Shown: piece after piece, positions 28,834-38,121 of the stretch
Position numbering within the stretch: the first letter of the stretch is position 1
Layout of the letters: every line of letters begins with the position of its first letter
Notes under the pieces: model-generated
Seen by the model: only the letters and a program-made list of their open reading frames with translations
Told to the model about the DNA's origin: nothing
Database searches by the model: none
Position numbers and translations under genes: made by a program
From: a bacterium
Lineage (GTDB): Bacteria; SZUA-79; Acidulodesulfobacterales; Acidulodesulfobacteraceae
Assembly (NCBI GenBank): GCA_021813525.1
Contig: JAKAKK010000043.1
Location: 8,433 to 72,432 of the forward strand
Length of the DNA stretch: 64,000 bases
Reading direction: 5' to 3'

Positions 28834-29238
28834 GTGCAGGCAATCGAAACTTTTAAAAGCGGCAGAAAACCGCTTAAAAGAACAAATAAAAATATCAGGT
28901 CCGTTATAGACCTTCTTTTAGAAAAAAAGGCGCATAATATCTTAGTCCTCGACGTTAGAAAAGTGTCCGGAATAACTGATTTTATAATTATAGCGGGCGG
29001 TTCGTCGGACAGGCAGCTCAATACGATAGCCGATAACCTGCTCAAATCTTTCAGGCAGAAGCCTCTCGGACATGAGGGTCTTTGTACCCCGGGTTCAAGA
29101 TGGATTGTTATAGACTACGGCAGTATGATAATACACTTAATCCACGACGATTTAAGGTCATACTATAATATCGAGGGGCTGTGGCCGGAGGCAAAAGAAT
29201 TAACGGTCGAAGCCTCCGCTAATAATAAAAAAACTTAA
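28834..29238 (+). CDS. rsfS: ribosomal silencing factor RsfS
   Basis: Typical RsfS core (DFIIIAGGSSDRQ, WIVIDYGSMIIHL), 134 aa, GTG start. Confidence 0.88.
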   Translation: MQAIETFKSGRKPLKRTNKNIRSVIDLLLEKKAHNILVLDVRKVSGITDFIIIAGGSSDRQLNTIADNLLKSFRQKPLGHEGLCTPGSRWIVIDYGSMIIHLIHDDLRSYYNIEGLWPEAKELTVEASANNKKT

Positions 29239-29261
29239 TTTTAATTTAAATTTATCTTCTA

Positions 29262-30635
29262 ATGTATATAATTACTATAATAATAGCGATACTTATACTG
29301 GTAGCATTCTTCGAATATCTTTACGCGCTTAATCCGCAGAGAGTCCTCTTGCATTACGCCCCGGGACAGCATCATATACTTAACAGCTATCTTATAATTT
29401 ACGTATTTTCGGCATTTTTAATAGGCATTGCGCTTATATTAATTATAAATATTTTAAAAGATTCTATATATCAGATAAAAAATCTTATATACAAAAGAAA
29501 GCAGTATATAAAAACGGAACTGGACAACTCGGTCAATAAAGCATTCGATGCATACATTAAAGGGCAGTACGATAAGGGAATCGACCTTATTAAGAAATAC
29601 TTAATAAATTATCCCAATAACCTCGGCGCTTATTTGCTCCTTGCTAAGATTTATAAGCATAAAGGAAAAATTAAAGAAGCGGAAAATGCCCTGAATAAAG
29701 CTTTGGAAATAGAAAAAGAAAATATAACGGCGCTCAACGAAGCGGGAAATCTTTACAAGCTCAATAAAGATTACGATAAAGCTATTTTTTATTTGAATAA
29801 GGCGCTGGAATATTCGCCGGACAATCTTTACGCTATAACGCAGCTGAAAGATATATTTATTAAAAAAGAAGAATGGAAGAACGCCTACAGAATGTCTAAG
29901 CTGTTTCTTTCCCAGTCGAAAGACAAAGAGTTTAACAAAAAAGAAGAGCAGGTTATGCTCGGTCTTAAATACGAATTCGGAAAGTTTCTTTTAGAATCGG
30001 AAAACGATACCGAGAGGTCGGTAAAACGTTTTAATCAAGTGCTGAGCCAGAATAAAAATTTCGTACCTGCTTATATATCGCTTGGCGACGCGTTCATAAA
30101 AAAAGGAAAAATTAACGAAGCTTTTGAGTTATGGGAGAAAGCATTCCTGAAAACCGGCAATCTTGCCTTAATTATAAAAATTGAAGATATTTCTATAAAA
30201 ACAAATCACCCCGAAAATATAATCAGATTTTATCAGGAGCTTATATACGATAACCCCGAAAAATGGGAGTACAGGCTTTTTCTGGGAAAATTATATATAA
30301 GACTAGAAATGATAGACGAGGCCATTTCTAATTTATCCCTTATCCCACCCTCGGTATTTAAAGATAATTCCCTGAATATGCTGCTTGCGGAATGTTATTT
30401 TAAAAGAGGAAAATATAACGACGCATCCGTAAATTTCAGGAAAGCGCTTAAAAGCAGATATCCCGTTAAACTTCCTTTCGTGTGTTCTAACTGCGGATTT
30501 GTTTCCTATAATTATTCTTCGATATGCCCGTCGTGCAATCTCTGGAATACTTTTAATATAAAAACATCCGGAACTCTTTACGAAACCGGTTCTAAGGACG
30601 AAACCAAAAGTATATCGCCTTTAATCCCCGAATAA
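29262..30635 (+). CDS. lapB: LPS assembly protein LapB (YciM): TPR repeats plus C-terminal rubredoxin-like zinc finger
   Basis: N-terminal TM helix, multiple TPR units, C-terminal CSNCGF...CPSCNLW metal-binding motif. Confidence 0.8.
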   Translation: MYIITIIIAILILVAFFEYLYALNPQRVLLHYAPGQHHILNSYLIIYVFSAFLIGIALILIINILKDSIYQIKNLIYKRKQYIKTELDNSVNKAFDAYIKGQYDKGIDLIKKYLINYPNNLGAYLLLAKIYKHKGKIKEAENALNKALEIEKENITALNEAGNLYKLNKDYDKAIFYLNKALEYSPDNLYAITQLKDIFIKKEEWKNAYRMSKLFLSQSKDKEFNKKEEQVMLGLKYEFGKFLLESENDTERSVKRFNQVLSQNKNFVPAYISLGDAFIKKGKINEAFELWEKAFLKTGNLALIIKIEDISIKTNHPENIIRFYQELIYDNPEKWEYRLFLGKLYIRLEMIDEAISNLSLIPPSVFKDNSLNMLLAECYFKRGKYNDASVNFRKALKSRYPVKLPFVCSNCGFVSYNYSSICPSCNLWNTFNIKTSGTLYETGSKDETKSISPLIPE

Positions 30636-30643
30636 AAAACGAT

Positions 30644-32188
30644 ATGAAAAAATTTAAAAGCGCCGTCTTAATTATTTTAGACGGCTTTGGAATGTCTTCA
30701 AAAATTGAAGGAAATGCTGTAATTAACGCAAAGCCGGAGTTTATAAATTCGCTCTTTAAAAATCATCCCTTTACTACTTTAAAAGCTCACGGATTAGACG
30801 TCGGCCTTCCCGAAAACACTATGGGAAATTCCGAGGTCGGCCATTCCAATATAGGCGCTGGAAGAGTAATAATGCAGGATTTGACGAAGATAGACCTTCT
30901 TATAAAAGAAGACAAACTAAAAGACAACAAAGTCTTGCTCGAATTTCTAGAAAAAATTATAGCGGGCGGTTCGGCAGTTCACCTTATGGGACTGCTTTCG
31001 GAAAGCGGGGTGCACTCGGAACTTGAACATTTGTTGTATTTAATAGACTTTTTTTATAATAACGGAGTAAAAAAAATTTACATTCATCCTTTTTTAGACG
31101 GGAGGGATTCCCCTCCGCAAAGCGCTCCGGTCTTTATAGAAAAATTAACGAAGCATATAAAGCCTTTATCGGACAGGGTCTTTATTTCGACTCTTTGCGG
31201 AAGATTTTATGCGATGGACAGAGATACCCGCTGGGACAGAGTCGAAACCGCTTTTAATCTCCTTACCCAATTAAAAGGAGAAAAATTCGACGACCCGTTA
31301 AACGCAATTAAAAAATTTTACGAAAATAATATAACGGACGAATTTATGCCCGCTATCGTTATAGATAACGGTTCGAAAAACGACGGCAGGATAAAAGAAG
31401 AAGACGGCGTCCTGTTTTTTAATTTCAGGGCAGACAGGGCAAAGCAGTTGACGATGGCCTTTACTCTCGGCGATTTTAACCGTTTCCCGAGAGAAAATTT
31501 TAAACCGGTCGGTAATTTCGTTACTATGACTAAGTACGACGATTCCTTCAGAAGCAAATATATTATAGAGCCTCAAAATTATTCTAATATTTTAGGGGAG
31601 GTCATATCTGAGTCCGGCTTTAACCAGTTCAGAATTGCCGAAACTGAAAAATACGCCCATGTAACCTATTTTTTTAACTGCGGCAGGGAAGAGCCGTTTA
31701 AAAACGAGGACAGGCTGCTTATACCTTCGCCGAGAGAATTCAAAACATACGATTTAATACCGGAAATGAGCGCGTTTAAAATTAAAGACGCTCTTATAGA
31801 AAGAATTAGAGCCGATAAATACGAATTAATAGTCTGCAATTTTGCAAACTGCGATATGGTAGGGCATACCGGAAACTATGCCGCCGCAATAAAAGCCGTT
31901 CAGGCGGTTAATTCCGTTATAAGCGAGATAGTGCCTGAAATTTTAAAACTCGACCGTGTATGCGCGATAACGGCAGACCACGGGAATGCCGAAACGATGC
32001 TTGACGACAAAGGCGAGCCTATGACGAACCATACCCTTAATCCAGTGCCGTTCGTCATTGTTTCAAACGATTCTAAAGAAATTCCTCCGCTGAAACCAGG
32101 CAGGCTGGCGGATATTGCGCCTACTATTCTTAAACTGCTCGGTTTAGATATACCGAAGGAGATGACCGGACGCGTTTTATGGGAGTAG
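30644..32188 (+). CDS. gpmI: 2,3-bisphosphoglycerate-independent phosphoglycerate mutase
   Basis: ILDGFG, GNSEVGH, ADHGNAE motifs; 514 aa. Confidence 0.95.
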   Translation: MKKFKSAVLIILDGFGMSSKIEGNAVINAKPEFINSLFKNHPFTTLKAHGLDVGLPENTMGNSEVGHSNIGAGRVIMQDLTKIDLLIKEDKLKDNKVLLEFLEKIIAGGSAVHLMGLLSESGVHSELEHLLYLIDFFYNNGVKKIYIHPFLDGRDSPPQSAPVFIEKLTKHIKPLSDRVFISTLCGRFYAMDRDTRWDRVETAFNLLTQLKGEKFDDPLNAIKKFYENNITDEFMPAIVIDNGSKNDGRIKEEDGVLFFNFRADRAKQLTMAFTLGDFNRFPRENFKPVGNFVTMTKYDDSFRSKYIIEPQNYSNILGEVISESGFNQFRIAETEKYAHVTYFFNCGREEPFKNEDRLLIPSPREFKTYDLIPEMSAFKIKDALIERIRADKYELIVCNFANCDMVGHTGNYAAAIKAVQAVNSVISEIVPEILKLDRVCAITADHGNAETMLDDKGEPMTNHTLNPVPFVIVSNDSKEIPPLKPGRLADIAPTILKLLGLDIPKEMTGRVLWE

Positions 32189-33123
32189 TTTCATTTGCTC
32201 ATACCGGCAAACAGATAAGATTGGACCTTTTTTTGACTATGAAATTTCCCGGCAAAACAAGGTCGTTTATTAAAAAGCAGATATTAAGCGGCGCAGTTGA
32301 AATTAACGGTTCTGTCGTAAAAAAATCCGCTTACCCGATAAAAGAAGGCAGTATAATAACCTTTAAAGAGCCGGAGATAATAAAATCGGGCATAGAGGTC
32401 TTCGATTACGCCCTCGAAATAATTTACGAAGACGATTATTTTGCGGCTGTGAACAAACCGGCAGGGATTCCGGCGCATCCCGGAAAAGGAAATTACGATA
32501 ATACGCTGGTAAATATTTTAATAGGAAAGATATCCGATTTATCCGGCATAGGCGGCGTTGAAAGACCCGGAATAGTTCACAGGTTGGACAAAGATACGTC
32601 CGGCATAATGTTAATAGCAAAGAACGATTTTTCGCACAATGCTCTTGCATCGAGTTTTAAAAACCGCGAAATTAAAAAGACTTATTTTGCCGTGACTTAC
32701 GGCATTATTCCGCAAAAAAGCGGATGCATCGAGGGTTTTATAAAGAGGGACTCTAAAAGCAGGGTTAAAATGGAAATGGCACAAAAAGAAGGCGGGAAAC
32801 ATTGCGTTACCCGTTTTGAAAACGTAAAATCTATAAGAGGCGCCGCTACCCTTCTTAAAGTAATGCCTGAAACGGGGAGAACGCACCAAATCAGAGTTTC
32901 TCTTTTTGAAAAAGGATATCCGATTGTGGGAGATAAACTTTACAAAAGAAAAGATATCGAAGGCAGATATAAAAGTTTAAATTTTGTTAAAAGACAGATG
33001 CTGCACGCATACATGCTTGAATTTCCGCATCCGGAAACAAGAGAAAAAATAATTTTAAAAGCGAAAGTTCCGGATGATATGCTGTGGGCTTTCGGTTCGG
33101 ATGCCCCGGACGCTTTCTCATGA
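32179..33123 (+). CDS. rluD: 23S rRNA pseudouridine synthase, RluD family
   Basis: S4 domain followed by the HRLDKDTSG catalytic motif. Confidence 0.9.
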   Translation: MGVVSFAHTGKQIRLDLFLTMKFPGKTRSFIKKQILSGAVEINGSVVKKSAYPIKEGSIITFKEPEIIKSGIEVFDYALEIIYEDDYFAAVNKPAGIPAHPGKGNYDNTLVNILIGKISDLSGIGGVERPGIVHRLDKDTSGIMLIAKNDFSHNALASSFKNREIKKTYFAVTYGIIPQKSGCIEGFIKRDSKSRVKMEMAQKEGGKHCVTRFENVKSIRGAATLLKVMPETGRTHQIRVSLFEKGYPIVGDKLYKRKDIEGRYKSLNFVKRQMLHAYMLEFPHPETREKIILKAKVPDDMLWAFGSDAPDAFS

Positions 33124-33878
33124 TTTACCTTTGCGGCGGCTTAAAAAAGCTAAACGTTAAAAATATCGGTATAGTTTACGGCTTTATGGACGGCTCGCTT
33201 GATTTTAATCCCGGAAATTTAACCGCAAGGAAAGAACTTTTAAATATTATTCAGTCCGCAGGCAAAACGGATTATTATTCATACGAAGTCGAACAGAGCC
33301 ACGGTACCCGTATAGCCGTTTTAGATGAAAAGTTTAAAGAAGCGGCAAAATACAACCGCAATGTTTTCGATAAAAACGATGCAGACGGAGTTTTTACCGG
33401 GGAAAGCGGTATAGCGCTGTGCATAAGAACGGCGGATTGCGCACCCGTGCTTTTTGCCGTCCCTAATAATAGCGGCGGCATTATAGGAGCCGTCCATTGC
33501 GGCTGGAAAGGCGCTTACGGCGGAATAATAAAAAACGCAAAAAATGTTTTAACGGATAAATTCAATGCGGACGTTAGAGGCGTCTTAATCGCGATAGGGC
33601 CGTCTATATGCCGGAAATGCTATGAAGTCGAAGAGGATTTTTTAAATTTATTTTTAGCAAAAGATAATTTAAACCGAAAATTTTTTAAAAAAACCGCAAA
33701 TAAAAATAAATTTTTTTTCGACCTGAAAGGATTCATAAAAAATGAATTGATTTTAAACGGATTTAGCGATAAAAATATTTACGATTTAAATATATGCAAT
33801 TTTGAAGACGCCGGTTTTTTTAGTTACAGGCGCGATAGAGACTTTAGAAGGCAGGTTTCTTATATAGCGCTTTTATGA
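33120..33878 (+). CDS. pgeF: YfiH/PgeF family purine nucleoside phosphorylase / peptidoglycan editing factor
   Basis: RTADCAPV and HCGWKG motifs. The ATG at 33120 overlaps the rluD TGA; the ORF track starts at 33084. Confidence 0.85.
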   Translation: MIYLCGGLKKLNVKNIGIVYGFMDGSLDFNPGNLTARKELLNIIQSAGKTDYYSYEVEQSHGTRIAVLDEKFKEAAKYNRNVFDKNDADGVFTGESGIALCIRTADCAPVLFAVPNNSGGIIGAVHCGWKGAYGGIIKNAKNVLTDKFNADVRGVLIAIGPSICRKCYEVEEDFLNLFLAKDNLNRKFFKKTANKNKFFFDLKGFIKNELILNGFSDKNIYDLNICNFEDAGFFSYRRDRDFRRQVSYIALL

Positions 33879-33897
33879 ATCGGGGGTGTTTTATAAA

Positions 33898-34506
33898 ATG
33901 ATAAAAATAGGATTGACCGGTTCTATAGGTTCGGGAAAAACCGCGGCGCTTAATTTATTTAAAAATTACGATTTTTTAACCTTGAACCTCGATGAAGAAG
34001 CGAATAGAATTATAAAAAAAAATAGCGCCGAATATAAAAAAATAGTTGATTTTTTCGGAAAAAACATTTTAAATAGTGATTATGAGATAGACCGAAAGAT
34101 TCTTGCCGGTATAATTTTTTCCGACGCTTCAAAAAAAAAAGTTTTAGAAGACATAATCTATCCGGCTTTAAGGGCGGATATAGACCGTATAATTAAAGCA
34201 AGCCGGAAACCTGCCGCTATAATTGAAGGAGCGGTTATCATAGAATCGGGATACTATCTTAACTTAGATAAAACCATCCTTGTTGCCTGCGATTTTTCGA
34301 GAAGAGTTAAAAGAACGTATAATAAATTCGATTTTGAAGATTTTATCAGAAGAAATAAAAATCAATTAAGCGAAAAAGAAAAAATTAAAAAATCCGATTT
34401 CGTCATAAACAATAATTACGGGTTTAAATTCTTAATTCCTCAAATTAACTCGTTTATACGCTTTTTAAATAGTTTATATAAAATTAACTTTCCCGTTCCG
34501 GAATAA
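33898..34506 (+). CDS. coaE: dephospho-CoA kinase
   Basis: MIKIGLTGSIGSGKT P-loop at the N-terminus; 202 aa from ATG 33898 (GTG 33886 in the ORF track). Confidence 0.9.
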   Translation: MIKIGLTGSIGSGKTAALNLFKNYDFLTLNLDEEANRIIKKNSAEYKKIVDFFGKNILNSDYEIDRKILAGIIFSDASKKKVLEDIIYPALRADIDRIIKASRKPAAIIEGAVIIESGYYLNLDKTILVACDFSRRVKRTYNKFDFEDFIRRNKNQLSEKEKIKKSDFVINNNYGFKFLIPQINSFIRFLNSLYKINFPVPE

Positions 34507-34561
34507 AAATAAATAACTTAACAATCGACAGAAAGTATTAAATAAATGGGGGGAATTGCTT

Positions 34562-35566
34562 ATGGAAGAGCATATAAAATGCGAAGATTTGGGCTACAAA
34601 TTTATAAAGGAACTTTTAGATTTTACTTATCAAAAAAAATCGATCGAAGAAATATTGCATTTCGTTAATATAGGGTTCGAATTTACGTTCGGGGCCTCGG
34701 CTATAATGTTTATATACAGGAAATATAATGCGGACGAAAGAGTCGAAATATCGAGAGGCTTTTCGCACGAATTTATTAAAATAACCAACGAAACCCCGCC
34801 GCTGGCACTGCTTAAGGAGTTAGCGCCTTTAAAAAACGGATTGTATATAGATTTTAAAAAAGATAAAGGTAAATACGAAGAATACCGAAATTTATTCGAG
34901 CACGAAAATGTTTCGGAATTTTATGCATATGAGTTGAAAACTGCATATACGGATTCATATTTCGTAATAATGTATTCGGTGCCCGGATTTAAAAACTGCG
35001 GCGACGATAAAATCGAAGTTTTCGATACTATCTTTTCGGTAATCGCCTATATTTTAAATTCGAATAAATGCGTTCAGACTATGAGGGATTGTTCGCAGAT
35101 CGATTACGTATCGGGACTTAATAATTTTAAATACTTTCATGAAAAGCTTTTTCAGGAAATGCAAAAAGCAATTAACGACAAAGGAAGGTTATCCGTTGCA
35201 TTAATTTCCATAAACCAATTGAATAAATTAAATTCCGTTAACGGCCATCAGGCCGGGGACAAAAATATCGGAATAATTGCGAATATAATCAAACAAAATA
35301 TAAGGGCATTCGATACTGCTTCGAGATACGGCAACAAATTTATAATTTTATTTCCTAATATGGGGAAAGATGAGGCAAAAAATATTATAAAGGCTATATT
35401 GTCGGAAAGCGAAGACGCGTTCAAAAAAGAAAATCAGGCCATATTATCTTTGAACGCGGGAGTTTCCACGTTTCCGGACGACGGCAACAATGAAAGGACT
35501 ATCCTGGATATAGCCGAAGGGCGCCGCATCGATGCAAGAAGGATAGACAGGTGGACGTGCCTGTAA
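34562..35566 (+). CDS. degenerate GGDEF-domain protein with an N-terminal GAF-like sensor region
   Basis: GGDEF fold (GLNNFKYF..., NGHQAGD), but the signature reads RYGNKF instead of RxGGDEF. RAFD (RxxD) is retained upstream. Start is ATG 34562, 8 nt after a G-run; TTG 34556 is an alternative. Confidence 0.75.
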   Translation: MEEHIKCEDLGYKFIKELLDFTYQKKSIEEILHFVNIGFEFTFGASAIMFIYRKYNADERVEISRGFSHEFIKITNETPPLALLKELAPLKNGLYIDFKKDKGKYEEYRNLFEHENVSEFYAYELKTAYTDSYFVIMYSVPGFKNCGDDKIEVFDTIFSVIAYILNSNKCVQTMRDCSQIDYVSGLNNFKYFHEKLFQEMQKAINDKGRLSVALISINQLNKLNSVNGHQAGDKNIGIIANIIKQNIRAFDTASRYGNKFIILFPNMGKDEAKNIIKAILSESEDAFKKENQAILSLNAGVSTFPDDGNNERTILDIAEGRRIDARRIDRWTCL

Positions 35567-35614
35567 ATAATAACATTGTATAAAGTACAAAAATAAAATC
35601 TTAAAGGAGCATTT

Positions 35615-36880
35615 ATGAACATTAAAGAATTATCGGTAAAAAAAATCAACGAATTATTGCAAATAGCAAAGGACTACAATATAGAGGGCGCATCTGGAAT
35701 GCGCAAACAGGATTTGATATACGCCCTTTTGCAGGCGGAAACCGAAAAAAACCAGCAGGCCGAAAAAAACGGATTAATTTCCGGAGAGGGGGTGCTTGAA
35801 ATACTGCCCGACCAATACGGATTTTTAAGGTCGCTTGAAGCTAATTATCTTCACGGTCCGGACGATATTTACGTATCGCCTTCCCAGATAAGGAAATTCG
35901 GTTTGAGGACGGGCGACACTATCCGCGGAGTTATAAGGCCGCCTAAGGACAGCGAAAGATTTTACGCTCTCTTGAAAGTCGAAAGCATAAATTTTGAAGA
36001 CCCCGAAATCGCAAAAGAAAAGATTTTATTCGACAACTTAACCCCTTTGTATCCCGAAGAAAAAATAAAGCTTGAATTCGACCCTAAAAATTTATCTACC
36101 AGGCTTATGGACCTCCTGATTCCCATAGGAAAGGGGCAGAGGGGGCTTATAGTCGCCCCTCCGAGAACCGGAAAAACAATGCTGTTGAAAGACATCGCCC
36201 ATGCTATAAATACCAACCATAAAGAAATTTTCCTTATGGTTCTCCTGATAGACGAAAGACCGGAAGAGGTTACGGATATGCAAAGGTCGGTTAACGGCGA
36301 AGTAATCAGTTCCACTTTCGACGAACCGCCCCAGAGACATATACAGATTGCGGAAATAGTTATAGAAAAAGCAAAAAGATTAGTAGAAACCGGCAAAGAC
36401 GTCGTTATATTATTAGATTCTATTACCAGGCTCGCGCGGGCATACAACGTTACTATTCCGTCTTCGGGAAAAGTATTATCGGGCGGGGTGGACTCGAACG
36501 CCCTACATAAACCGAAAAGATTTTTCGGCGCGGCAAGGAACATCGAAGAGGGAGGCAGTCTTACCATAATTGCTACGGCTTTAATCGATACCGGTTCAAG
36601 AATGGACGAGGTAATTTTCGAAGAATTTAAAGGAACCGGAAATCTTGAAGTTAATTTAGACAGAAAATTATCGGAAAAAAGGATTTTTCCGGCTATAGAT
36701 ATTAATAAGTCGGGCACCCGAAAAGAAGAGCTTCTCGTCGATAAGGACCATCTGAAAAAAATCTGGATATTGAGAAAAGTTTTATCCGGCATGGATACCA
36801 CGGACGCAATGGAATTTTTAATAGACAAAATAAAAAATACCAAATCCAACGCAGATTTTTTAAATCTGATGAACCAGTAA
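35615..36880 (+). CDS. rho: transcription termination factor Rho
   Basis: N-terminal RNA-binding domain (GFLR...YVSPSQIR), Walker A PPRTGKT, 421 aa, AAAGGAG RBS. Confidence 0.97.
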   Translation: MNIKELSVKKINELLQIAKDYNIEGASGMRKQDLIYALLQAETEKNQQAEKNGLISGEGVLEILPDQYGFLRSLEANYLHGPDDIYVSPSQIRKFGLRTGDTIRGVIRPPKDSERFYALLKVESINFEDPEIAKEKILFDNLTPLYPEEKIKLEFDPKNLSTRLMDLLIPIGKGQRGLIVAPPRTGKTMLLKDIAHAINTNHKEIFLMVLLIDERPEEVTDMQRSVNGEVISSTFDEPPQRHIQIAEIVIEKAKRLVETGKDVVILLDSITRLARAYNVTIPSSGKVLSGGVDSNALHKPKRFFGAARNIEEGGSLTIIATALIDTGSRMDEVIFEEFKGTGNLEVNLDRKLSEKRIFPAIDINKSGTRKEELLVDKDHLKKIWILRKVLSGMDTTDAMEFLIDKIKNTKSNADFLNLMNQ

Positions 36881-36884
36881 TTTA

Positions 36885-36917
36885 TTATATGGACGGAATT
36901 CAATTCCGTCCATATAA
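36885..36917. repeat. GAATTCAATTC-centred intergenic palindrome, copy 4 (perfect 16-bp arms)
   Basis: TTATATGGACGGAATT-C-AATTCCGTCCATATAA, 5 nt after the rho stop, followed by an A8 run. Confidence 0.8.
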
Positions 36918-36951
36918 TAAAAAAAACGGCAAATATGTTATTATTATATTT

Positions 36952-38106
36952 ATGTCAAACGAAAATATTAATCTGCCGCTAGATACTTCGGAAATTTTAG
37001 ATACTATCAACGACGGCGTTATAGTTATCGACGAAAATTATAAAATAGTCTATGCAAATAAACGCTTTTTGGACGATGCGGGAACTCCGTCCTCCGAAGT
37101 AATAGGCGGTTATTGCTATAAAGTAAGTCATTTCAGGGACGAACCGTGCGATCCTCTTTTGGAATCCTGCTCCATAGAAGAGGTAATTAAAAAAGGCAAA
37201 ACCGTTAAAGTCATACACGGTCATTACGGACCGCAAAATCGGGAAATGGCGGTAGAAATAAATTCTTCGCCTTTTTACGACGCCTCGACGGGAAAAAAAT
37301 ATGCCGTAGAGGTTTTAAGGTGTCTGGGAAACGGTTCTAACGCCCATATGAAATTCAATCTTTCGCAGAGACTTTCCGAAGTAGGTCTTTTAGCGGAAGG
37401 CGTTGCTCATGAAATAAACAATCCGCTGAATAATATTCTCGCGTCGATAGATATGATAAAAATGTGCGCGGACAGCAGCGGCCTTACCCAGAACGCGGCT
37501 CTCGCAAACGTAATGAAGGAAGGCGGATGCGATATAAAAAAATATTTCGATTTAATGAAGCAGGAAATCGAAAGATGCAAAGATATTACAAAAAAACTCC
37601 TTATATTATCGAGCCCCGTTTCAAATTCTACCGATATAGTAAACGTCAATAATTCGCTGGAAGAAAGTCTTGCCCTTCTGTACTTTACCGCAAACAAAAA
37701 AAATATTATGATAAAGAAAAACCTTGCCGCGAATATTCCTTTAATAAGTTTTTCCGAAGCCGGTTTAAGGCAGGTTCTATTAAATATAGGGCTTAATGCC
37801 ATACAGGCCGTCGATGAAAATTCGGGGATAGTTTATTTTATAACCAAAAAAATCAAGGAATATATTTATATAATAATAATAGATAACGGCCACGGTATCG
37901 CGCAGGAAGATATCAAAAGGATATTCGACCCGTTTTTTTCTAAAAGTAAAAATTCGGCAGGCACCGGACTCGGACTATCTATATCCTTGAGCATAATTAA
38001 ATCTCTCGGAGGTTCTATAGAAGTCAGGTCCAAAAAGGATATCGGCACGAAATTCATCGTAAAAGTTCCGGTAAAACGAAACTTTTCCGAAAATAAAATT
38101 AAATAA
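36952..38106 (+). CDS. cytoplasmic PAS-domain sensor histidine kinase (NtrB-like)
   Basis: PAS domain, H-box HEINNPL, N/G boxes (IIIDNGHGI, GTGLGLS), no TM segments. ATG 36952 is preferred, because the ORF-track start 36889 lies inside the palindrome. Confidence 0.85.
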   Translation: MSNENINLPLDTSEILDTINDGVIVIDENYKIVYANKRFLDDAGTPSSEVIGGYCYKVSHFRDEPCDPLLESCSIEEVIKKGKTVKVIHGHYGPQNREMAVEINSSPFYDASTGKKYAVEVLRCLGNGSNAHMKFNLSQRLSEVGLLAEGVAHEINNPLNNILASIDMIKMCADSSGLTQNAALANVMKEGGCDIKKYFDLMKQEIERCKDITKKLLILSSPVSNSTDIVNVNNSLEESLALLYFTANKKNIMIKKNLAANIPLISFSEAGLRQVLLNIGLNAIQAVDENSGIVYFITKKIKEYIYIIIIDNGHGIAQEDIKRIFDPFFSKSKNSAGTGLGLSISLSIIKSLGGSIEVRSKKDIGTKFIVKVPVKRNFSENKIK

Positions 38107-38121
38107 AATTTTTTTATTACT

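Noticed and set aside
34131-34140. A10 homopolymer inside coaE (Lys-Lys-Lys) as a possible phase-variation tract
   Set aside because: coaE is an essential housekeeping gene and the reading frame is intact. A-runs encoding Lys are common in AT-rich genomes, and the context does not suggest contingency regulation.
35962-36903. 313-aa ORF antisense to almost the whole of rho
   Set aside because: It is fully embedded opposite a highly conserved gene. It has no SD-like sequence, and its start lies inside the intergenic palindrome. Its composition is dominated by S/I/F/L, as expected for the complement of a K/E/D/G-rich gene. I judge it a shadow ORF arising from codon bias. Only ribosome profiling could rescue it.
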